Below are positions 1-11,745 of a DNA stretch of 39,606 nucleotides, piece after piece. Each line of letters begins with the position of its first letter. Position 1 is the first letter of the stretch. The notes under the pieces were generated by a model. That model ran no database searches. It had not been told where the DNA came from and was given only the letters and a program-made list of their open reading frames with translations. The position numbers were made by a program, and so were the translations under genes. Source of the stretch: Octopus sinensis (lineage: Eukaryota); contig NW_021831739.1 in NCBI RefSeq assembly GCF_006345805.1, positions 1 through 39,606 on the forward strand, given 5' to 3'.

Positions 1-584
1 TGGTTTTAATATTTTAACGAGCTTTTACGAGTGATTGACTCTATCATTATGACTGATGTCAATTCCTTAGCCACCCCAATTAACTGGAAGGTTGATATTT
101 CTGACAGTCTATTTGTAGCAAGGTGAAGACTGTATTATTGTCCCTTATCTAAGCGATCAGTTCAGTTTCTGAAAAATATTCTGCATAATCAGTCGTGTCA
201 TATTGCCCTAAATTATTTAACTGTGAGAATTCTTCGTTTGTCTGATGATATTAACAATAAAAATGATACCATGTCTGCAAACGAATTGATTCCCAGTTTA
301 TAAGAGGTGGCATTTTTTTCAAATTCTAAATTATGTTGATCAATCAGAGCTAGGTTATTTTGGAAGATAATGCGTCTTTTGAAAAGTTCATTCTGGCTGT
401 AAATTTTTGCTACCAAATTAAGATTTATGACAAGCCAACAATGTTGTTTAATAAAATTTAGCCATTGTTGATTACTCTTTGAATCGTATAAACTAGTTAA
501 GTTAGTTTCATGTTGGCTGATTTTTATTCTTAGCATTTAAAAGACATTTTTTGTGAACATGAGTTCTAAAATGAGTAGATTCAT
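1..584 (-). CDS. Cathepsin L-like papain-family cysteine protease, 5' part (I29 propeptide); left boundary set at window edge
   Basis: ERFNIN-like motif (ELFKRRIIFQNNLALIDQHN) and GNFD-like motif (GINSFADM). Removing GT-AG introns 529-558 (30 nt), 410-439 (30 nt) and 242-269 (28 nt) gives an ATG at 584 and the canonical FADM-TNEEF. Exon structure below about 150 is unresolved and the frame meets a stop there. Confidence 0.8.
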
Positions 585-2042
585 TGATAAGAAATAGGTT
601 AGATATGAATAGCTTAATTCAAATATATTATTAGTTTTTTAAAATAGCCAAACAAAAAATAAACCATTAAATAGCAATAAAATAAATAATTTTTTAATGT
701 TTTAGGAAATCTGCAATTTCTTCGTTCTTTCGATCCCATTGATCACGACAAATCTTGTACAGCACAGGAAACAATAAGAGTTATTAGTTTGGTCCATTTT
801 CTTTTATCTAAGCGACGTCCCGTAAACATCAAAATCGTCCTGTCCATAACTCTTTCCCTACACTCCGAAGGTCTCTATCTATTATCTATATCGGGGGTGT
901 CAAAAATACGGCCCGCGGGCCAGAGCTGGCCCGCAGTATAAGTTTAACAGTGTATTTAAATTCTAAAATTATTATTTAACACCAAATAAAAATACAAGAA
1001 TCTAGATTCTAGAATATAAATAAAAATAAAAAAATTATTACTTAAAAAATAATTAATTGTTTTTTGGATTTATATTATTCTAATTGTTTTTCTTGTCTTG
1101 TGCTGATGTCTTTTTCAACAAAACGCAAAGTTGATACAGAATGCAGATCTTTTCAAAAAAAGTGGAAACTGGAATATTTCTTTGCCGATTTAAATCGGAA
1201 ACCTACTTGTTTGGTCTGTAGACAAGAAATTTCAGTTGTCAAAGAATATAACATTCGACGACATTACCAAACCCACCATGCTCATGAATACAATAATTTG
1301 ATGGGAAAAATTAGAAAAGAGAAGTACGATGCACTACTTGCATGTTTGCGGAATCAGCAATCTTCTTTTTCCAAATTTCGAGATGATAGTGAGGCAGCTG
1401 TCAAAGCTAGCTACGTTATTTCTCGGGAAATAGCGTTAGCATCAAAACCTTATTTTTATAAAAACATGTATTATGAAAGCTACTGAAATCATATGTCCTA
1501 TTAATCGGCCTGATTTCGCAAGCATTAGCCTTACAAGAAATACTGTGGCAAATAGGATTTCAGATCTTTCCACTGATTTGCACAATCAACTCAAGACGAA
1601 AATTAGTTCATTCATTACCTTTTCCATTGCTATTGACGAGAGCACTGACATTATGGATGTGGTTCAGTTAGCTATATTCATTCGTGGTGTGGACGAGAAT
1701 TTGACGGTCACAGAGGAGTTCCTTGATATGATACCTATGCTGGACACTACTACGGCAAATGATATATTCAAATCTCTCGTCAGTGTGTTGGATAACTTTG
1801 GAGTGGAATGGGCACGTGCTGTTAGTGTGGCTACAGATGGTGCTCCATCAATGATTGGAAAAAAAACTGGCGTTGTGGCTCAATTCAGAGAGAAGGTACA
1901 GGCTGTAAATGGAGGATGTGATTTTTGGATATTTCACTGCATTGTGCATCAGGAGGTACTGTGCACCAAATCGTTAAAAATGGACCATGTAATGGAGGTG
2001 GTCGTCCGGACAGTAAATTTTATCCGTGCCAGAGGTCTATAT

Positions 2043-4289
2043 CAGGGTTTCTCAAGTTTTTTAACGTCGGGGCCAAATCGATAATTAACCATTGTCTTCG
2101 GGGCCGCAGAATAAATTAAATTAAAACTTTCATTAACTTTTAACTAATTTTTTTTTAGATTCATTTTTTATTCAGAAACCGAGATAGTTAGTCTTAATTA
2201 ATTAAAGGAAAATGACTAAAACGAAAAATTGTTAACTAAAACGAAAAATTGTTAGCTATTTTAACTAATTGTTAACTAATTTGTCATAACACGGAATATA
2301 GGAGGCACATGTAGATCGCAAAAGCTGGCATAAGTGATTATCAGTCAATTTATTTCGATATTTATTTTTTATGTGAATCATTTTACTGAAAATTGACTCA
2401 CATAAATAAGTGGATCCGAACATTGAAGCATATTTATAAGCATTTATGAGTATATTCGGATATTTTTCTTTGGGAAGTGAACTATAAAATTCCATTAAAT
2501 TTTCAATCTTTTGCACTGAGGTAAATTGCACATCTGATTGAAGGTCTATCAATTCTAATTGGAGTGATGGCGGAGCATTCTTAGGATCTATATTGAATGG
2601 TGCTGCAAAAATTTTCATTGATGGCAAAATTTCATCAAAATTCTTAAAATAAACTAAATTTTAATAAACCTTAGAACGTTTTTCAAATTCAACAATAAGG
2701 TGACTGATAATGGTAGTATATTTTTCAAATGAACCGTTAGCTTTATTTTCACTCAAACAAGTAAAATGAATTGTATCTTTGAGCATTATTTGATCCCTCC
2801 AAAGTTTTAATTTTGATATAAAAGAAGCAATAGATCCATAGAGTTGATGGCAAAATTTATATTTCCCCTGTAATTCACAATTTAACGACGATAAATGAGA
2901 GGTTAGATCTACCCAAAAAGCTAAATCGGCAATCCACTCTTTACTGCTCAACAAATCATGGTATTTGTGGTCTTTAACAAATTCTCTTATTTGAGGGAGT
3001 AGTTCATAAAATCTAACTTCTATTCAAGCAAATATACCTTTTGAGGCACGCGGCACGACTCAACCATCGAACAGTGGTATGGTAAAGCACATCATTATGC
3101 ACTGTGTCAATTTCCACTAACATTTTTTTAAATCTCCTGTGATTGAGAGATTTACCGCGTATCCAATTCACAATGGACAACACCGTACTTATTACATTTT
3201 GCATTTTAAGTGACTTTGCGATTATATTCTCCTGATGAATGATACAATGTTGCCAAAATATAGGATCAAGATTTTTTTCAAGTCTCCATTCTGAATAAAG
3301 TCCATGAAACCCTTTATTACGACCAATCATATTCGCCCCCCCATCAGTACATATGGAAATTATTTTGGAAGGATCAATGTCAAATTCTTTAATACTTTCA
3401 AGGAATTCGTTAAGTACATCCATTCCTTTTGTAGTGCCTTTTAATGAACGAAGAGAAAAAAATTCTTCAGAAATTTTAAAATCCGAAGTGACACCTCTAA
3501 TGCATACGACCATTTGTTCGGTATCAGAGATATCTTTACTCGTGTCGACAGCAAAAGAATGATATAAAAAATCTTTCGATGTTCTATAAAAATTATTTTT
3601 AATAGTAAAGAACTTGATTAGCTGACGGGCAAGGTCCTCAAAAATACATTCTATTCTTCTTGTAATAGTATCATTACTTAATGGTAATCGTTTTGCAATA
3701 TTTTGTATATTTGACGGACAACATTCATCACAAAAAATGGAAATAGCAGTTTTAATAATTTCTCCGTCAGAATAAGGTTTCATATTTACAGCAAGAAGGT
3801 GGCTAATTTTATAAGACGTTAATAACTGATGCTTATTTTCCACTGGTTTAAATATTGAGGACTGATTTTTAAATGACGTCTTTAATATATTGAGTTTTTT
3901 TTTCCTTGACTCTCCGAGATATAAATTGTATATTTCGGAGTGCTTCTTATAATGACGTTCAATAGTATAATTTTTCAATGAATTAATGACACAGTTGCAT
4001 ATCAAACAAACAGCTTTACCATTCAGTTCAACGAAAAAAAACTTTTCTTCCCATTCAATTTGAAATTCTCTATTTTCTTGAGATAATGTTCGATATTTCT
4101 TTGATGGCATGAAAAAATACTCAACCTGAAATATATTTACAAACACGTGTAGTTAAAATATTATCTTTAATAATATTAATTTACAATTAATTTTATATCC
4201 AAAATTTATTTTAAAGTTTGGAAGTCGGGGCCGCAAAAAAGATTCTCGGGGCCGCATGCGGCCCCGAGGGCCGCACTTGAGAACCCCTG
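2043..4289 (-). mobile_element. hAT (Buster-type) DNA transposon, nested and apparently complete
   Basis: TIRs CAGGGTTTCTCAAGT and ACTTGAGAACCCCTG (14/15 match). 8-bp TSD GTCTATAT (2035-2042) / GTCTATAC (4290-4297). Subterminal GGGCCGCA repeats. Confidence 0.96.
2265..4110 (-). CDS. Intact four-exon hAT transposase, 587 aa after splicing
   Basis: GT-AG introns at 3584-3613 (30 nt), 3013-3037 (25 nt) and 2643-2669 (27 nt). 1846 - 82 = 1764 nt, open from ATG 4110 to TAG 2265. BED finger, VDTS, TDGG, CIIH, RWLS and YLCESIFS all present. Confidence 0.9.
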
Positions 4290-5504
4290 GTCTATACCAC
4301 CGTCAATTTGACAATTTTCTGAGTGATATTGGTTTTACTCACGGACTACCATATCATTCCGAGGTAAGGTGGTTAAGTTGAGGTTTGGTATTGAAGAGAT
4401 TTTTCGATTTAAGAGAAGAAATCAAACACTCCATGTTTGCAAAAAACAAACCTTTACCAGAATTGGAATCTCTTAATTGGTTGATAGACTTGACATTTTT
4501 GGTGGATATTACAGAACACCTGAACACGCTTAACAAAAATTTGCAAGGACGAAATAAAGTTGTTACACAATATTTCGAATGCACACAAGCTTTCACCATG
4601 AAGCTAATGTTATGGGAGACACAATTGACAGTGGGAAACACTGAGCATTTTTCTTGTTTAAAAAGTGTAATTTCCATCACATCGAATGTTGATGTGAGTC
4701 GCTATAAAGTGAAAATAACAGGATTACTTCAACAGTTTGAGACACGTTTTGAAATTTTTCGTGAACTTGAAAAGGAATTTACTGTTTTTCGATCACCATT
4801 CGCTGCAAATATTACACATCTTGCAGCTAACTTACAATTGGAAATTATTGATTTGAAATCTGACTTAGATCTGAAGAATAAATTTACCATTGTGGGCTTA
4901 GACACCTTTTATAAATTTCTCTTGCCGAAGTACTTCAACTTAACAGCCTTAGCTGCGAAAATCTTGTCAATGTTTGGAAATACATATCTATGTGAACAAC
5001 TTTTTTCTTTAATCAACATAAACAAAACAAAATTTCGATCAAGGCTCACCCACACTCATCTGAGTGAGATTCTAAGATTGACGGTAACTCAGGATTTCAC
5101 TCCAGATATTGACGCTATTATGAAGAAAAAAAGATGTCAAGTTTCTGGAACATATTTTAATTATAAAAATTAATAAATGTGTTGTTAAATGATTTTAAAT
5201 TAAAATTATAAATTAAAAATCATAGTACGAATTTTGTTAAATCAAAAATAAATAGTCTGGCCCGCGGAGCCTAAAATTTTTTAAATCCGGCCCGCGGGCT
5301 ATTGTCTTGCCTGAAAGTATTGTCTTGCCTGCTTTCAAAAACAGCAAAATTAACAAATATTGATTCCGACGATTCAAACCCTGATTTTTATTTAACATTA
5401 ATGCCTATTACCATGGTATCTGTTTTTTCTTTGTTTCCGGTCCCCATCTGTTTTGAATTTCCAAGTTACACACTTGTAACATGTTTTTAATCATTATCTC
5501 TTCA

Positions 5505-5690
5505 AAGATAATAACTCCTCCAACACCAAAATTCAAAAGCATCAATTTTTCATCTATCCGCCTTTTCAGTATTCATATTTAAGCGCCGTATATAAAAATT
5601 GGGAACACGATTAAATTGACCAGTCTGATTTGGTTTAAGCAAATATCTCTGCTTTTCCATATATTATTTTTCTTTATAATTTCTTCAGCA
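5505..5690 (-). mobile_element. RTE-like LINE fragment (post-RT region), decayed
   Basis: Reads IWKSRDI...IVFPIFIYGA*...KIDAFEFWCWR with stops and a frameshift. Confidence 0.7.
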
Positions 5691-5715
5691 TTTTATAAAA
5701 AAGTTAAAATTTATT

Positions 5716-5965
5716 CCGGACTCTTTTGAGCTATCCCTCCTTGCTTTCACAAACTCAGGAATCTTAGAAAAGTCGACAATTCAACTACTCACTGACATTA
5801 GTAGGAGAATCTCGAAAACAAACGACCGGGAGGGGACCAGCAAATCTCGGTCGCTGTGCTCAGTGGACCCTCTCGCCTGCTATTTCAGCCACTTACCTAG
5901 CTAGCATCTAACTTTGTTGAAAGAAAAAACATATTTCCTGAACTAAATAGTAAATAATTATATAT
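5716..5965 (+). mobile_element. CRE-like non-LTR retrotransposon 3' fragment
   Basis: LLAFTNSGILEKSTIQLLTDISRRI...QQISVAVLSG resembles the CRE-type C-terminus. Flanked by TTAAAATTTATT at 5704-5715 and 5966-5977 (AT-rich, so a tentative TSD). Confidence 0.65.
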
Positions 5966-6607
5966 TTAAAATTTATTTTTTCAAAAATAGTTTTTTATCT
6001 TTAATAAATTCGGAGATCATTTTCAGGACTTCATTATCGAATTGAGGAGGTGGTTTGCTCCTCCCTGAATTCAAAAAAAGAAATATATACCCACAACCCA
6101 ACAATAAAGTTCTATTTCACTGTCAGTAGAATTTAATAAATCACTGAATTGATTTAATTGTTCATCTGTCATTTTATTAATATATTCGAGGGCAAACTTG
6201 CTGAAATATATTTGGGGAATAATACCTCATTATTAAATCACTTTCCAGTGTTCCCCTCTTTCCTGCCTGATAAACAAGTCTACTTCTTACCCTGTTCTTT
6301 ATTTGGCACAAGCTACGTAAAAATATATTATGTGAATTAAAAAATAAAGTTCGTAACGTGCCACCAAACATAAAATAAATTATTTTATTATAAATAATGA
6401 AAAAGATATTATTTTTATATAAAAATATTGCTCAAATTTGTTCAATTTTTAGACGGAAATTATCATTCAGAATATTGTCAGTTTCTACAGTGAATTGTTA
6501 GATATATATTTTTATTATATTAATTACTAACAATTTAGAATATAAATCAAAATTATATGATTTACTGACCCATTTAGTGTCGTTCTGGTAATTCACATTA
6601 CAGATAT

Positions 6608-7250
6608 ATGGATTATCCTGCAGATACTGACAACTATTACGATTTTACTGAGAGGTCAGTCCGACAAGGCAACTAAATCCTAATTATTATTCTAATATAG
6701 AATTTATAAGAAAAGTGAATTTCATCTGGACAATCCAGTTAATATATACTATTGGAGTGATATCCATCTGCACATTCCAGTATAATTTATATCATAAATA
6801 TACCAGAGAGAATGTAAGGGATTACCTCAATCAAAATCCATGGTTTATGTATAATAATCTGTATTTATAAACCTTTTATTTATAGGGCTTTGATCGTTGT
6901 TTGTATGCTTGCCATTGGCTGCTTTAGAAATAATGTGAGAAATGTGCCGAGAAATTACATAATGCTATCCTTATTTGTATTTTATTGGGTTTTTGTCTAT
7001 TTTAGACATTTTTCTTTGCAAACTTTCTTGGAGCTGTCAGTAGGTTTGTTTTTTAATATTTGTACCTCTCTGAGTTGTATTTTTGATATTTTCAGTTTTC
7101 ATCTAATTATATAGAATGTCTATGTCAAAATCGAGTTATCTTATTGGACTGTATTTTTCGGTTTACAAACAAGAATAAATTCTTACATAATGTGCTTATT
7201 ACGGGCCTTTAGAAGGTCTGCTATATATAACTGTGCTGTTTTTATTATTA
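6608..7250 (+). CDS. Lifeguard/TMBIM (Bax inhibitor-1 superfamily) membrane protein; 3' part unresolved or possibly decayed
   Basis: Spliced reading MDYPADTDNYYDFTERSVRQ-EFIRKVNFIWTIQL...NVPRNYIMLSLF-TFFFANFLGAVS. Introns 6669-6700 (GC-AG, 32 nt), 6780-6806, 6861-6885 and 6977-7005. Confidence 0.75.
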
Positions 7251-7956
7251 GAAATGTTTACAAGGGAATGACTAGTTGTTCGATGCTGTCATAAATTTAG
7301 ATCTCTGTGACATTACAAATCTTCTGGATTTAGACTGCCGAAATTTCTAAATGCGGTTTCTCTGAGATTTTTTGCTAGAAAAATGGATGTTCTAATTTCG
7401 TTAGCTTTTTTATAAAATTGTTTTGTTAAATGTGACCTCCAGAAAAATTCAATAAATTAAACTTGTCCCCGGTCAAAAAAGGTTAAAACAGTGTGCTAAG
7501 ATATCATTAAATGCCATAATTATTAATATTATTTTAATACTAATATTCATTCTTGTAACAATTGAGCTATTTTCCATTAGCTGTATTGAATTTTTAAGAT
7601 TTCCACCTCTTTTTCCTCTGCTGCAAGTAATTCTTTGGTTGTTGATATGACACACATTTTTGCTGTGAATAAAAAAGCTGAGTCATCAGAACCAGAGACT
7701 TTATCCCCAATAAATCTAATTAAAATATAGCCTAAGACTTTACAGAGTTGACACAGAATGCGTAAATACAACATTAATGAATTATGTTGAATACTACTCA
7801 TTTGTTTCCAAAAATCAACTTGGTTTTAAAAGAATATGTCAAGGAGCTAAAGAACTGGCACTGATTTCAATAACAAATTGTGACCAAAGAAATAATTGAA
7901 CATTATTCACGAACATTACTTTTTTCCACTTCTCTTTTTTTAATAGAATTAAAATA

Positions 7957-9217
7957 TGTCACCGGCTGGATAATGCCCTGGGTTGGATAATGCCCTCTCA
8001 ACATTATTTTAAAAAAATAAATATTTTTTCAAATTAATTTTGATTAGATTTTTTAATTTTCTTAATTATTTTAGTAATTTATCAAAGTTTTTTTTCAAAT
8101 TAATCTAGCGTGAAAATTTGTTTTGGTTATTTAAGTTTTCAAATTTGAAAAATAATAAGTATATTCGATCAAATCTATATTTCAAAAACCAGAGGTTACG
8201 CTTTTTTCCCAAAGAAGAAAAGGAACTTAAACTAAAAACTATCGAGGTGATCGTTACATAATTATTATAGATTGAACATATGAGGACACATTTTGGAAGA
8301 GATAAGTTGCTTTCGATATTGAGAAAGGAAATTTATGCAGTAACCCAAGACGAAATTTCTGCTGTGATCTCAAAATTCGTTCACTGTCAGGTGCATATGT
8401 ATTGAATTATTTTTAGTCAAAAAAGTTGATGGCGACTAAGCCAACAATCACTCCTATTATTGCAAGAGGGCCTAAAGATCGCTATATTGCAGATTTAGTG
8501 GATTTAAGAAGGTATGCTAGCCTTAATAGCGATAATGGATGGGTATTTTTTTGTATTGTCATTTGATGGAAATGAAGCGGTTGAATCAAGTCAATCGGAG
8601 ATAATTGGATCCGATTATTTTGAAAACGAGGACGATTGTTTGAATCAACAAAGTGTGTATGAAAGCCATGTTCTCGCCGGAGAAAAAATGAAAAGGAGGC
8701 GGAAATGGAAATTTGATGAAGATGTAGCCGTAGGAGATAATGTCCTACTGAGACATGATATTGATGCGAATCCAAATAACCGAAAATACCCCCTATACGA
8801 TCAGATTGATTCCACTATATATGAAATATCGGAGGTTGATAAAGACCAGTGCGTACTTAAAGATCTTAATGACGAATCATCAAAATATGTACACAAAAGT
8901 CGTATAAAAAAATATGACTCTTATAAAAAATTTTTATATAATAAAAATTCATGAATTTTTAATATTTGTTTTTAAATGGTAGACCTAAAAAATTGTATAA
9001 TTATAATAAAATACGTTATTGATTCTGAAAAATTGGTGATGCCGTTTTTGCCGACTCTTTGAAAAATTCTTTTAATCAAAAAATTGAGAAAAAATTGAAT
9101 AAATCGAATTAATTCCATTATCAAGTTATTTTAATTAATTATCAGGTTATTTTCGTTTGATTTTAAAAAAATTTTAAGGGGTATTATCCAACCCAGGGCA
9201 TTATCCAGCCTGTGACA
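7957..9217 (+). mobile_element. Ginger2/TDD-like integrase-type DNA transposon, internally deleted
   Basis: About 40-bp TIRs, TGTCAC(C/A)GGCTGGATAATGCCCTGGGTTGGATAAT...GTGACA, and a 5-bp TSD AAATA (7952-7956 / 9218-9222). Degenerate HHCC region (EHMRTHFGRDK...VHCQ), 26-nt intron at 8391-8416, integrase core start RYIADLVD; core deleted after about 8560. Confidence 0.85.
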
Positions 9218-9429
9218 AAATATTTTAGAAACTTGTAATTTCAGCTTTTAGCTGCAATTCTTGACATGTGTTTTTTCCCTCTGGTTAATTTAGTTAATTT
9301 TATATAAATAACAATTTCAGGAACAATGTATTCGCTGTTTTTTATGCACTGAATATTCGTGTCTGTAATTATTTGAGAAAAAATATTTCATTAATAAGAT
9401 AAATTTTAACGTTTAAATGGTTATTTAAA

Positions 9430-9570
9430 GCGCCCTTACGTGCTTTCTGATTGTTGTCTACAGAACGGAACCCGCAGTCGATCAGCAATGATGTCTACAC
9501 AGGTAACATCCCAAAATTAAACCAGCCATTTACTAAAAATAGGTCCGTAATCCACACCCTTTTGGAACTG
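9430..9570 (-). mobile_element. CRE-like RLE endonuclease fragment, heavily decayed
   Basis: WDVTCVDIIA motif on the minus strand. Confidence 0.5.
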
Positions 9571-9624
9571 AGAGAAAAGTTTAATTTGTATAAAAAAGTC
9601 TTAAAATGTTAAATTTGAGTATTC

Positions 9625-9664
9625 GTTAACCAGTAGCGCTCGGTAACCGGTAGCGCCTGTGACA
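9625..9664. repeat. Orphan Ginger-like terminal inverted repeat
   Basis: Ends in GCCTGTGACA like the 9217 terminus and carries two AACC(A/G)GTAGCGC repeats. No partner found in the window. Confidence 0.55.
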
Positions 9665-10249
9665 TATTGTATGTCTAATAAGGTCTGATTGAACAAGTTC
9701 GAATAGGATAGGCTTGTTTAGATTGCGTGTTTGAATATTAAGCAGAGTGAACTAATATTTTCTTACAATAATCATTTGATAAATACTATGATCGTATTAT
9801 ATTGCTGATTGAACAAGTATGATTGAAAAAACATTGATTTATAACGGGAATCATACCACATCACCAAAAGCCCCCATTTTGCGAATACAATCGACATGAG
9901 GTCTCCTAGCAGGAGGACATTGCTCAATCAACGAATTCATCTACAATCACAACATGAATATACAATCGTCGGATTCTGTAAAGCAAAATTCTTTAAAATT
10001 TGAGCAAAATAATCAGAATGACTCACCCCACTAATCAAATCAACATTGACAGACCCCGCAGACTCCAATATGAACAAGGACAGTTTAAAGTTATCTAAAC
10101 AACTTTCCCATCGTGAATAAACCGTCCTGGAGAGTTAAATGCTCAATCCTCATGTCGATATAGTGCTGTCGCTTATTGACAGACGGCTCAGGGTAGATCA
10201 TGTTGATGGAATTGACCATAAAAGCACTCCTAAAATGGCAATCCCTCTG

Positions 10250-11290
10250 TACCAATAGGAGTGGAATGTCTGATCGACGTACAAGGAGGGGGTGTCGAAC
10301 AACAATTTAGACAGACCCACGAAATATATATTCCGTTCAATGTGGTCATTAAATACGACCATCCGAGAGTAAATATGTTTACTAATAAACACCAATGGCC
10401 TACAGATGAGAGGACAGACATACGCCAACTCACATGTCTTAGCAAGCAGGGACATGACAAAGGCCGACCCAAACAGGCCAACCTCATTAAAGAAGAATAT
10501 TCTAAACACTCCCAATACAATATAATAATACTCTTTTTATATGTCAATATTTTAGTCTGACAAAAACGAGTGATGAGTGACTTAACATGTCCTCGAATAA
10601 CCCCATCAACTCACTCGGCCAGGCCTGGAGGACCACCGCCCGAAAGGCAAACCCATATTGCTCAAACCCACACATCTTGATGGGGGAGTATGCCATATTA
10701 AACAAGACGGGGAATGTGGAATCCACGTATATATATGCCTTCATAATACGGAAGAATGAGGGAATCAGTTCGACTGTCTCGTGGAATGTCCCCTTCACCA
10801 AAAACAACATGAAATTGCGGTAGACCTCTGACAGCCCCCCTTTGGGTGTTGTTCTATGAGGACTGCCATCACTTGGAGGGCGTAGCGTTGGAGGTCTACC
10901 ATTATAAACACCCCCACCTGCAATATCCCCAGCAAACACCTTTTCGAACTGTTGGAGACACATCTGGTTGTAATATGGGAGGACAGAAGGACTGTCCCCA
11001 CCCACCAGGAACTGACACAACACCTCAAAGAAGTAGTGAATAAACATTGACTTGGAGGGGTTCTACTCATCCTCCACTCACACCTACCGATATTATCGAG
11101 GGCAGTCGGTCTCGGATGTACTCTCCCATGGACTGGTCTTTGCTCACTTTCCCCACTCTCATCACACCTTCCCTATTATAATCAATCACTCTGAATTGCA
11201 TAAACGTTGTCCTCATTTTGTCCGCTGCCATAAGAATGTTGCCTCCTCGACAACACTCCCATCACTTCCGGGTAAAATACACTCACAAAC
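10250..11290 (+). pseudogene. Possible TRAPPC11-like C-terminal fragment, disrupted
   Basis: Collinear weak motifs IPFNVVIKY, TYAN...DMTKADP, MGEYAIL, GLPSLG and YSPMDWSLLTFPTL, recalled against the TRAPPC11 C-terminus. Stops and frameshifts present. Tentative. Confidence 0.4.
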
Positions 11291-11395
11291 TGCTCTATAT
11301 TCCCCCCATTACTCTATTATACTCACACTACACTTACTGGCGGGAATAATTGTTCTAGAACGTACTAGAACATTCTAGATCCCGAGGCCACCAAA

Positions 11396-11745
11396 ACAGG
11401 AATATTCCAACCAAAATGTGGAGGAGGTTGACAGGGCTGCAATATACTGTGAAATCCTCAAGTTGGTGAACCCCGGGGAGTCCGTGTCTGAGGCAATTCG
11501 TCGTGGGGGCAGGGACGACAGGGAAGGCGAGTGAGCGTGGGGGGAAGAAAGCGGAATGTGGAAAGGACGAGGAAAGGGTGCTCGGAGGGATTGGAGAGAC
11601 TGATTGGATTGCGGACAGTTTGGTGAGTGATGGAGAGATGAACATATATCAATTCACGTGCGAACAGATCGAGGATGTCCTTAATGGATCCACTGCTGTC
11701 ATTCCAAAGGTCATTGTTGATATGTTTGCTGATGATGTTTTATAA
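11396..11745 (+). pseudogene. CD2BP2 (U5-52K)-like fragment
   Basis: ILKLVNPGESVSEAIRRGG, then IADSLVSDGEMNIYQFTCEQI in another frame. No N-terminus or GYF domain seen. Confidence 0.55.

Larger units (their letters stand above)
1106..5173 (+). pseudogene. hAT transposase of the outer element, split by the nested hAT
   Basis: BED finger (CLVC...RRHYQTHH), IDESTD, TDGAPSM, CIVHQE, RWLS and TYLCEQLFS motifs. Lesions: frameshift near 1450-1475, insertion at 2043-4289, TGA in RWLS*G at about 4379. Confidence 0.92.
892..5300 (+). mobile_element. hAT (Buster/GTF2IRD2-like) DNA transposon, outer copy, defective; right terminus lost
   Basis: Left end CGGGGGTGTCAAAAATACGGCCCGCGGGCC follows ATCTATAT (nnnTAnnn target). 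Subterminal GGCCCGCGG motifs recur at about 5258-5298, but no terminal TIR or second TSD is seen. Confidence 0.88.

Noticed and set aside
3353-4680. ORFs 3353-3562 and 4354-4680, and similar ones at 26784-26990 and 38517-38804
   Set aside because: Antisense shadows of transposase or RT coding sequence with no independent motifs.
5843-5868. About 25-nt motif shared with the reverse complement of about 39450-39476, as a regulatory or ncRNA repeat
   Set aside because: It encodes ISVAVL.G of CRE-like tails, so it is coding homology.
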